Shown in pieces: positions 53,540 through 64,000 of a stretch of 64,000 nucleotides of DNA. The translations under genes and the position numbers were made by a program. Origin of the DNA: Eledone cirrhosa (taxonomy: Eukaryota); NCBI GenBank assembly GCA_964016885.1, contig OZ024743.1, positions 152,830,001-152,894,000 of the forward strand, in the 5' to 3' direction. The notes beneath the pieces are model-generated. The model was not told where the DNA came from. It searched no databases and was given only the letters and a program-made list of their open reading frames with translations. Positions within the stretch are counted from its first letter, which is position 1; every line of letters begins with the position of its first letter.

Positions 53540-54290
53540 ACGATTTCGAAAGCCATTTCCTTCATATATCTTCTTGCTTTATCCAGCGTGGATAACCCCC
53601 CACCCTGAACCAAGCTGCTCTTACCCTTGCCCGTGAAACCAACCGTACCACAGCTCTTTCACCTCACCAGCGCCGTCCCAACACCCACCTTCCTTTCCCT
53701 TTCCCCTACCAGCCCATCACCCTACCCCTCCGGCAACATATCTTCTGTTCCTAACGCACCCTCTCTTCTGACCCCGTCGCTTCTTTTTTTCCTAGCCCAC
53801 TTATTAGCACATTTAAGCGCACCCGTAACCTCCGAGACCTCTGGTACGTAGTTCCTTCTCGTCGTCTATAACGACTCCATCCGGCGCTCATCCTTGTTCT
53901 CGTCCCTCTGCTACACTTGTCCTTTCCTTTACACCTTCACCACTCTCACAGGCACTAACGGGTCATTCCATATCCGGCACTCCTTCACCTGCACTTCCAT
54001 CCACGTTGTCTATGCCCTCCAATGTTCCGTTGAGGGCCCTTATACATCGGATAAACGGGACGCCATTTGGCGGACCGTTTTGCTGAACATTTGAAGGATA
54101 TACGTCTCAGTATGGATACTACTGTCACCCGTCAATTTTGTTCCCCATGTCATTCATCCATATATGACTCCTGGGTGTTTTTTTTACCAATCACAGGCTT
54201 CGCTCCCCAGGACTGAACAGAGTCTGATTTACCGCCTTGGGTCCTGTTTCCCTCATGGACTCAACTCCCCTCCTCAATTTCATTAATACC
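53540..54290 (+). mobile_element. PLE GIY-YIG fragment (Neptune-like), frameshifted
   Basis: GSFHIRHSFTCTSIHVVYALQC..YIG*TGRHLADRFAEHLKDIR...LIYRLGSCFPHGLN. Confidence 0.82.
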
Positions 54291-54919
54291 CCGTCCATTA
54301 TCACGCACGCGCTTATACATTCACCCCTAGATTCCTATGGCTCTCTTATGTTCAGAAACATATATTCTTACAGCTAATACAGACCAGCAAAATACGCACA
54401 CTCCGCTTTTCCCTTCACAGCTTTGTATATACACACACTCATACACACACACACCTTATAGTAACATACTTTTGCTCATAGCTTCGTACTTACAAGTACA
54501 CTTATATATACACACACATATCCTCTTAGCTTCGTACGGACGTATAATAACACACACACACACGCGCGCCCGTGCGCGCACAAGTATAGCTCTTTGTACA
54601 AAACGTTTTTTTTTAAAGGTAGATAGAAATAACGAAGCACATTGAAGAAATATATTAGTTTAACGCTTGAAATAACAGGAAAATAATCTAGTATTTCATC
54701 AGAAGATAAAATAGAAAGATAAAAAGTGAGAAGAGGAAGGCACAGAAAACACGAGAAAAAAATCTCATGTGTGTCAGCCATTTTGGAGATTTTCTGGTCA
54801 AGGGTATCTTTTTTGTTAGAGAGGTTTAGGAAGGAAGTAATCATTTTATATTGGACATGTATGTTTGGTGTGTAAGCTTGCCTCTGTGTGTTTCGTACTT
54901 TTGGTACTTATTAAAGCTC

Positions 54920-55205
54920 ACTACTCCTTCTGTTTGCTGAAAAGTATGTGTGTTGGATTCTTATAGAATTCCAGTAACAATCAGGAACTGATTATACAGA
55001 GCGGTCGCCGGTCCAGCAGAAATTGAAAATTAGAATTGGTGCTCTGAAATAGCGATATATATATGAATGTATATATGAATGTATATACAGTGTATTTTGC
55101 AATACACTGTATGCATAATTAAAAATATTTTGAAGACCATACGCTATTGTTTTAAAATAGTGACAATATTTAAATTTTCAGCAAACAGGGGAGCTCTGAC
55201 AGTTT
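54920..55205 (-). repeat. Third copy of the 315-320-nt hammerhead family, starting near the cleavage site
   Basis: GGATTC.TATAGAATTCCAGTAA.AATCAGGAACT..GGTCCAGCA..GGTGCTCTGAAATAGCG..TTCAGCAAAC..CTGACAG. Confidence 0.72.
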
Positions 55206-55210
55206 ATCTC

Positions 55211-55309
<99 letters not shown>

Positions 55310-55343
55310 AAGTGAAAGGGAGAGAGATTTAAACGCGTCGAAG

Positions 55344-55514
55344 TCAGCTCAATGTACAATCAAGGTGACTGCGTCCCGACTATTTTTCGAAATCTCATCA
55401 GATATGCTAGCTTATATGAGCAAAAGCATGTCTTTGCACATATAAGCTCGCATATATTATGAGATGTTGAAAAAGAGTTGGGCACCATCGCCTTGATTGC
55501 ACATCTGAGTTGAT
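55344..55514. repeat. Diverged about 170-nt foldback
   Basis: TCAGCTCA.ATGTACAATCAAGGTGA..AGCTTATATG / CATATAAGCT..TCGCCTTGATTGCACAT.TGAGTTGA. Confidence 0.7.
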
Positions 55515-55891
55515 TGATATAGAAACAATTTTAATATGGAAACAAAGTTGTTACATATGCTGCAACACTGACCACGACTCTTTTAAATCTATTTACACTC
55601 TCTGCACACTACAGCCGTAACTCTGGAATACAACTCAAACAAAATGGGCCTCATAATAGCATTAAGGGATTTGATCGGCACACCCCCTATAACTGTTGTT
55701 ACACACCTAATATATATATATATATATCAGTCCCTGTGATAAACACACGACACTCCAGGGTAACAAGACTCACTTTTTAACCTTAATATAAATGAATATA
55801 TTTATATAGTGTATGTGATTCAGTGAATTACTTGTGGCAGTACCAAAGTAACCACTCGATGCACAGGCAGAATGTATATATTAAAGAAAAC

Positions 55892-56190
55892 GATGAAGTT
55901 TCTTTTACATGTAGTTAGTTTTTTTATTGTGTATTGAATGGTTATGTGCGTTTCACAGAGGATTGGATCAACGTCACCCATAGACGTCATTGACCTGACT
56001 TCCATTATCGATCTGTTCATCAAACAGGCAATTCAACAAAAATTACACTGTTTTTGTCGAATTACCAGTCTGAGGAGCAGATTGATGATGGAGTCGGGTC
56101 CATAACTTCTATGAGTGACCTTGAGCCATTCTTCTGCGAAACGTACATAACAGGTTGATACACAATAAAAAACTAACTACGAAACTTCAT
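55892..56190. repeat. Diverged about 300-nt head-to-head foldback with a hammerhead in each arm
   Basis: GTAGTTAGTTTTTTTATTGTGTAT.. / ..ATACACAATAAAAAACTAACTAC; centre near 56045. Confidence 0.78.
56065..56154 (+). ncRNA. Type-I hammerhead with long stem II (partner relic at 55939-56028, minus strand)
   Basis: ccagt CTGAGGA GCAGA...TCTGC GAAA cgtaca TA acagg; partner cctgt TTGATGA ACAGA...TCTGT GAAA cgcaca TA acc. Confidence 0.65.
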
Positions 56191-57129
56191 ACCAACATAC
56201 ATTATATGAACCAGATATTCTCTGTATTCTAACACTAACTCATGTCTCACTGACAAAGTGTTAAAAATTAAAAACATTGGGTATGTTACTTGTAGGATCA
56301 AGTTTATTTCACTATTTGAACTTTTTGCACTATCATTTGCAGTTGAAGGCCAGAATCATATAATATGTTTTATGTAGGTATAGTGTTTGTACTTAACAGT
56401 AATGAATAGAATACATGAAACTAAATATTACTGGCATCAGTAAAGAATTATAAAAATATAGTCTTCAAACTGTGACTACTTTATCATATTTGATACCTTC
56501 CCTTGAGAAAAATTCTCACTTTATATGTTGATGTTGACTAGATAACTAAAACTATTGATAGTGACAATTTAGATATTGCTTCTAAGTGACAATTAGATTA
56601 ACAAACTCTATATAAATATTGACTACACTGTACTGAATGCATTTTATAGTGACAATTTTTTTTCTGAATCTACTTCTGTTTCTACAATACAAAACTTTGT
56701 TTTAAAGTCTTTACCATCAACATCGTCGCTGTTTTCGCATGCTTGCATAATTCTATATCAGAACATTTTTTAACAAAGTTATGTTTCTAAACCCCAACAA
56801 ATTTGTGAGTATTTTCAAAACTATACCTAGCATAAACACAGGGAGGTAGGGGCTTTATGCAATGAGAAAGCTATCCTAAAATAACCACAGTGAGACTACA
56901 AAAATATCTAATGATGAATAAAGGAAAACTGATACAAATAGTCATGAAACATGAACAAAACAAAAAATGTTTTCAATCTTTAAGAAAACAAATAAATTCA
57001 TAACAAAAGCTGAATTGGCAGATAATTATGAGGAAACAGAAACAAAGAATAAACAACAGAAATTGTGAAAAAAGTAATATCTAAATTGAAAACAGATTTT
57101 CATGCTAAAATGGTGTTAAGGAAAACCTC

Positions 57130-59500
57130 AACATGACCAATACTTGAAAAAACTTAAGCAGGTGGTGTATTCGTGCCAACGCTTACCAATGGTCATGAAT
57201 CTTGGGTAATGACTGAAAGAATATGATTGCGAATACAAGTGGCTGAAATGGGGTTCCTCTGGAGGGTCGTTGGAGTAACATTATTTCATAGAGAGTGTAG
57301 TTTGGCGATCAGGGAGTCGCTACATATAGAGCTGCTAATTCTTTGAATTGAGAGATCACAGCTCTGATACTATAGGCATGTGGTTAGAATGTCTCAGGAA
57401 ATAATCACTGGACAGATTTTATAGTCAAAACCAACCAGCAGGCAACCCAGGGGTAGACCATGAGCAAGGAAGAGGAGGAGAAATCATAGAGATGTTAGAG
57501 CAAAAGGAAATTGATATATGCTGTGTGCAAGAGACTAGATGGAGAGAAGAGTCTGCTAGTGTCCTTGTAGACAACAATCGGTGCTACACATTTTTCTGGA
57601 TGGAAAATGACAATGAGTTGGGTGGTGTAGGTATAATATTAGCTGAGAAATTGGTAGATAAGGTAATCTCAGTGAACAGGGTGAATGCAAGAATCATTAA
57701 ACTCAAACTCGTCCTGAAAAAACAATTGCTACAATTATATACGCTTATGCACCCCAATCTAGGTTGCCAGAGGAACTTAAGGATAGGTTTTATGAGTTCT
57801 TGATGCACACTACTGCCCTAACAAATGAGAATGACTCCCTACTCATTTTGGGGACTTTGGGAAACAGGGGACTTTGGGAAACATTGTGACAGCTTCTATA
57901 GAGTCCATGGAGGCTATGGGTTTGGCACAAGAAACGAAGAAGGCTTCAGGCTTCTAGAATTCCGTGACACAAATGACATGTCGATATGTAACACAAACAT
58001 CAAAATATCTGACAACCACCTGATCACCTATAGATCAGGGGAGCATTCTAGTCAGATAGATTTTATCCTTATCAGAGGACGAGATAAATTGAAGGTTGTA
58101 AACACAAAAGCCTTCCCTGGTGAGCCATATATAGGGGAGCAGTCAGCAAAGGTAGGGTTAACAATGACTACAGCAAGGAATTTAACATAGAGGCTGGTGT
58201 CCACCTGGGCTCCGTTCTTTGCCCTCTCCTGTATATTATTGTATTGCAAGTTATAACAGAGAAGTTTAAGACTGGCTGCCCATCCGATATGCAGATGATC
58301 TTACACTTATAACTGAATCTATGGTGGAACTAGAGAAGAAATTCCAAACATGGAAGCAAGGCCTAGAAAGTAGGGGTCTCAAAATCAACCTGAGAAAGAC
58401 TAAGGTCCTCATAAGTAGAAGAGAAAACAGTACCCAGATCCCTTCAGGGAAATGGCTTTGCTCAGTATGTAGGAAAGGTGTAGGCAGAAATTGCATTCTA
58501 TGTTCCAAATGCAAACTATGGTTACACAAGAGATGTAGTGGGACCTCAAGAAGTTTAGCCAAGAATGTAGGCTTTACATGTAGCAGTTGCACTGGGACAG
58601 TAAGCAGCAAATAACCACAGGAAACAAGCACTATCAAATTCTGAGAGATCTTGGTAGAAGCAGTAGACAGCTTCTGCTACCGACGTGACTGAATTAGCAG
58701 CAGAGGTGGGTGTTCTGAAAGTACAGTAACCAGGGTAAGAACGGAATGGAACATTTCAGGGAGCTACTACCACTGCTAGCTGCAAAAGGCTTTTCCCTAA
58801 AATGTGTGCATATGAACAGCAATGTTGTTTGCTAGTGAGACCTGGGTGTTGTGTGCAGAAGAGTTCCATAGATTAGAAAAAATGAAGCTTGGAGACCCAA
58901 GAGGACCAGGGATGAGGTGATAAAAGCTGATCTTGCCCATTTGCACTTCTCAAAGGTGATGACACAGGACCGAGATCTCTGGCATTACGCAGTAATACAG
59001 AAGACCCAACTTCCCATGGGTGCAAGTGAAAACTGAAGCATATAGACAGCATGCCCCAACCCCCTTCCACTGTAAAGTGGTCGTGTAGGTGTCACAACAA
59101 AAAACAACCAGCCAGTCCACACTGTAAAGTAGTCTTGTAGGTGCCACAGTAAAAAGCACCCAGTACTCACTGTAAATGAGGTTGGTGTTAGGAAGGGCAT
59201 CCAGCTGTAGAAATCAAGCCAAAATCAGTTCTGTATGAGCAAGACATGGTCACTTGACCTGGCATTGCCCACAGCAGGACAACTCATGTAACCCATGCTA
59301 GAGTGGAAGAATGGATGTAAAAGTGTAATGATGTTGATGATGATGAGCTCAGTTGGTCTCGCTTGGGGATCTAGCCAGATCAGTTGGAAATGGTTGCTTC
59401 TGACAGGACCCACTGGAAGGAGTGTTTGAGGACTGTGCCCCCTGACCCTCTCAGGAGTAATTGGGTGAAAGAAGAAGAAGAAGAAGAAGAAGAAGAAGAA
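57130..59500 (+). mobile_element. Expander/Rex3-like RTE 3' fragment split by a nested RTE
   Basis: VFVPTLTNGHESWVMTERI*LRIQVAEMGFL..RQPRGRP (57165-57460) resumes after 59345 and ends in (GAA)n. Confidence 0.65.
57480..59345 (+). mobile_element. Internally deleted RTE (APE, RT/PHD, 3' UTR)
   Basis: IDICCVQETRW, GGVGIIL, HGGYGFGTRNEEG, SQIDFIL, YADDL and CSVCRKG..CSKC..LHKRCSG..CSSC; AGGAAGGGCATCCAGCTG UTR; (TGA)n tail. Confidence 0.88.
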
Positions 59501-61696
59501 ACAATAAAAATGCATAATGAAACAGAACATAGCAAGTAACTGTAGAATATGTGGAGGTGGGGGAGAAATAATGAACTATATTGTCAATTCCTTTCCAAAA
59601 TAAAATATATTCTCAAATAAGAGGAAATCAGAGATCAATAATTTTATTTTCTTATTGTCAGTGAACTCTTCGATTTTGTAGTGGATGTTCGTGTTGAGAG
59701 GGGTTGAGCTGTCTACTGATCACCATCTATATATCTGCTGCCTGAGACTAACTAACTCCAAGAAAGACAACAAAACTGGCAGGTCAATCTCAACCTACAG
59801 TATAATGTGGGAAGCATTGGTGCATAAGGAAGTCAGGATCAAGTATTCAGATCCTTAACAACTTAAAACTAAAATCCCTAGTCTTAATGTAAACTTTTTA
59901 TCACAGATAGCCACCTCAGTGATTTTGTATAAGATGTTCTCTATGTATTTGCTTCTCTGAATGAAATTTATTTTAGTGATCTCTTTTTAATGAGATGGTA
60001 TATATATTGGTGACAAATTCTACTTATGTCTAATATTTGCTGCTGCCTAAATGTTGAGCTGATAGACAATTTATATTCATTGCTATTTCTAATGGCAATT
60101 TAGACTTGTCATTTTGTCCGGATATACAAATATTTACTTTGTTAGATCTACACATGCATGTAATATTTTATTTTTTCATGCACCATACAGGATCTATGAG
60201 AATGGGCTAACTTCTATTAATGGGTATATATATATTATTTTTTTTTTATACCCTACAGAATTCCCACTGACAAAAAGTTGTTCTGTTATCAGTGGTCGTC
60301 TCAAACTATTGGAATGGTCAACTTGATTCTTCAACTTGGAAACTACAACAAGGGATCTTAGTGATGCCTTCTAGCTTTAGGTTACTTACCTAAGACTATA
60401 TTCTGAGGGAACATTGCTTGTGAAGTGTTCTTTTTAGACTACTTCCAAACAAAAAGCTGTGTGCTAAACAAAAAAATAATCGTGTGATATTTAGCCTGAG
60501 TTTAAGCCAAGTTGTCTTGTTTGAGATCAATAACATAAATAAGCATTTGAAAGCACTGCTCTAGCACGGCCCTTTCCTCCAAACTGAAATCAAGATAATA
60601 TCAGAATATAAAATGTAATATATAAAGTGAATGCAGAATGAAAATGCCTTGAAAAATCTCTTTAAATATAAGGATGAGCAAAAATAGGAAACAAATTCCC
60701 AAGGAAACGTTTTGAAACTGCTAAAAATAAACATTCAAAAATATGCTTCTTCTCCTGAGGTGACATAAATAGTGGAACAAAACTGCAGAAAAGAAAAAAA
60801 TATATATCTTTCTAAAATTATTAGCAATCCACAGCAACTATTTATCATATTTTACTGGAAATAAATAATATTTGTTATAAAAATGGTCTACTTATTTTAA
60901 ATTAGATACATTTTTTTAGGAAAATTTTATTTGCATGCCTCGGATCAGCAGCAATGTTTTTTTTTACAAAATCACTCTGATAAGTTACATGCTTTCAAAT
61001 GCCTTTTTGCACATATATTTCATTACTAAAATGTAAGTAAATTGAACATATTTTTATATTATATTTCTAAAATGTAACAAAATTGAACATTCAAGTCAAT
61101 GTTATTTTGGGATTCTGATACAGTTTCACATTGTGTATACCTGTGTCCACATACATACACACAGATATCATCATCATCATGGAATGCACACTGAAGGGTC
61201 CTTCCAACACGTTGTTTGGTAAGCTTTCTACAGCTGTATACCGTACTTATCACCAACCACTTTACAGTGTGTACTGGTTGTGTTTATCATGTAGATAACC
61301 AAAAGTAGAGAGGTTGCTGCACTGTGACACGACTGAAGGTTCCTCTCAATCTTTTGTTTTATAAGCATGCTTTCTAGATTGGGGTGCCCTTCCTATCACC
61401 AACCACCAGTGGGCAGGTGATAGGAGAGTGTTAATTATAAAGTTATGGCAAGTGTGGTGTGATTTGACAGGGTGATGCTGAGTGGGAAAGAGAATATGGT
61501 GTGAGAACACTAAAGTGGTGGATATGGTGTGTGTTTGAGGGGAGCGAGAATTGTTTTGTTATGAATGCTTGGGTGGGGTTAGTACTCATGAGCACCAGGA
61601 AGGGATGGTATAGTGATGGAGAGAATAGCTGAGTGTTAGTAGAGAGTGTATAGGTGGAGTGTATTGAGGTGAAGAGAGTAGCTACTAGGGTGTGAT

Positions 61697-61848
61697 AATT
61701 GTTTCTATTTTAGGCACAAGGCCAGCAATTACCCAGTACATTACCGGTACTTTATTTTATCGACCCCGTAAGGATGAAAGGCAAAGTTAACCTCGGCGGG
61801 ATTTGAACTCAGATCATAAAGGGACGTAACTCTATGCTTCAAAGCATG
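61697..61848 (-). mobile_element. tRNA-type SINE, 5'-truncated
   Basis: Reverse complement of the SINE core and tail. Confidence 0.85.
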
Positions 61849-62279
61849 ATAATGATGGTATCTAAGGGTTTTAGTGGGTGCAGCAGCTAAGGAATAAATG
61901 CAAGAGGGGTAATGCATGGGGTGGGGGTGTAATGATGATGAGGATAGCTACTAAGGAGTGCTAGTGGACAAGGCATGAGTAGGTTGCATAACAGTGAGAA
62001 GAGTGGCTAACTGAGTGCAAGAGTGAGGCAATGTAGAGGTTTTTGAGGTGGCAGCAGCTAATATGGGAATGCTTGGTGGTGGTGGTAGGAGAGGTGCAGT
62101 GATGGTGAGGATAGCTGCTACAGAGTGCTAGTGGGAGGAGAAGGAATAAGTCAGGCCACACTGTATACTGTTAAGGAGTGGTAGTGGAAGTGGTGGTGGC
62201 GAGGGGGGGGGGGGTTAAAAAAGATATCATTATATGGTGTTGGCTAGCTCTTCAACATCACAGTGCCAGCTCTTGCAGC

Positions 62280-62540
62280 CCTTTATCATTTATGTTGTGA
62301 GATTTAGTTTTTTAAGGCTGGTTTTCACAACCTCATTCCATGTGTGCCTGGGTGTGCCTCCTCCATGGGTTCCAGCTACTGGGGTTTCTCTGCATGTTTT
62401 CATGCAGTTGCTATCTTCCATACGCATCAAATCTACATACCAATACAGTTTTCTCTCTTGCACACCACATCCAATTCCTCTTATGCTAAGTTGTTCACTC
62501 AGTTTGCTTATACTATATCACTCATGCACACCAACATGAC
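62280..62540 (-). mobile_element. Old RTE thumb fragment
   Basis: Similar to 38680-38900. Confidence 0.5.
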
Positions 62541-62761
62541 TATGATATCACTATACTCATTTTCTCATACTTGCTCAAATATCGTCATACGTCACCTCAA
62601 CCAAAAATAATTACAATTAAAATATACAAATATCTGGTGCCTCTTATTGGTATTTGGAGTGCTAGTCTATCACAATCATATTCCCAGTTATTCGTTCTCA
62701 AATGCTAGGTGAATGAAAGTATGTAGAATTAAGTGCCTCCCACCCCCAGTGGTGAATGTAA

Positions 62762-62895
62762 GACTTGTGACTTATGACGTGATAATATAATATACATTAC
62801 TATAATATAATTTACATGATTGTGACTTTACATGACTTGTGACTTATGACGTGATAATATAATATACATTACTATAATATAATTTACATGATTGT
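62762..62895. repeat. Local tandem duplication (period 73 nt)
   Basis: GACTTGTGACTTATGACGTGATAATATAATATACATTACTATAATATAATTTACATGATTGT occurs at 62762 and 62835. Confidence 0.85.
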
Positions 62896-64000
62896 TATAC
62901 ATTACCATGGTTTGGTTTCATATTTGATCCATAATGGATATATTACTTTTGCTACATAATATTCCAGAAAAAAATACCACTGAAATTGTAAGTTAAGTTT
63001 GATAAAATTATTGATTTTTCTTAGCCTTTATGAAGCAGATCTATGATTAGACATTCGAGCTCTAACCAAACTTTTCTGAGATAGTGTCTCTGGGATTATA
63101 TTATCTAATGTATCTTCCTTTTTTAAGAGATTAGGGTGGAATTTAAAAGAAACTTGGAGCAGGTTAAATGACTACAATGTCTTGGGAGTTTATGAAAGTC
63201 ATACATGTGGTATAATTTCTGAAGAGCTATTAGTTTATAAAGTCATGAAAAGATGACAAAAACAATGTCATTCTGGAGAAAAGAGAGAGTGTTTGTTATT
63301 CAGAGTAGTTCTTTGAAGGTAATAAATTTGAGGAGAAACTAAAGCAGTAGAGAAATGTATATAATAAAAGGTTTTCATTGATCCTAGAGTTTATCCAGGG
63401 AGTTTTAGAAGCAGCTGAAAAGATAAAGGATATATCAAACATATTAGTGAGCTGGTAATTATTATCCTTGACACCAGTATTAAGGCCTTAATTTGTGCCT
63501 GACATAAGAAGCTTCTACGTAGCTAAATTGTTTGCCTGTAGGCTCTACCCATTGCTGATGTCATACATTAAACGTTTTCTGTCAGACTTCTTCATTATCA
63601 TGTATGTTGTTATGATTCGTTCCAAACCATATTCTAGCAAAAGTATTTTACCTAGGGGTCTAGTTTGGTTTTCTACAGAGTAATCATCATACCACATTCT
63701 ATTGCTTTTGAAACTAAGCCACACACAGACATTATCCACATGCACCAAAGGCCTCAAGCCAAATTTGCACTATTTTCATAACAGAAACTTTAAAACATTC
63801 ACCATGATGACATGTGAATTTAACCCCTGTTAACCATGTTAAGCGTAAAACAGTACACATATAGAGGAAACAGAGTTGTATTGCACCACCCTTACACATG
63901 TTACTGTATGCAAACACTAGGTTTCAGAATCTAATAAACTCACAGAGTGACTTCCCATTTATAATATTGTCAAAGTTGGCTTTTCTCTTTAGAACCAGAA

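Noticed and set aside
55380-55410. Minus-strand CTGATGA in the 55.3-55.5 kb foldback as a hammerhead
   Set aside because: Stem II is too short or GAAA is missing, depending on register, and the partner arm lacks the core.
63020-63920. Endogenous viral or polymerase relic
   Set aside because: Coding-like composition, but many stops and no motif I can identify; needs a homology search.

Overview
AT-rich, repeat-saturated eukaryotic intergenic or intronic DNA. It is probably a coleoid cephalopod (Octopus-like), inferred from the SINE family, the RTE LINEs and the dense (TA)n/(CA)n/(CAT)n microsatellites. No intact host gene could be supported. The window holds decayed RTE, Tx1/L1-clade and CR1-like LINEs, tRNA-type SINEs, MITEs and foldbacks, and fragments of at least three distinct Penelope-like element (PLE; RT + GIY-YIG) lineages. 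The main hidden signal is about 15 type-I hammerhead ribozyme (HHR) motifs, intact or decayed, read by eye in about 10 unrelated sequence families. They sit in 300-490-nt tandem or circularly permuted units (retrozyme-like) and in head-to-head inverted duplications whose 3' ends often abut (TA)n tracts. One 422-nt array ends 1 nt from its predicted self-cleavage site. HHRs in PLEs and metazoan retrozymes are a known class. The specific families, their density and their consistent geometry here are what deserve follow-up. All folds and alignments were made by eye, and coordinates of decayed elements are approximate.
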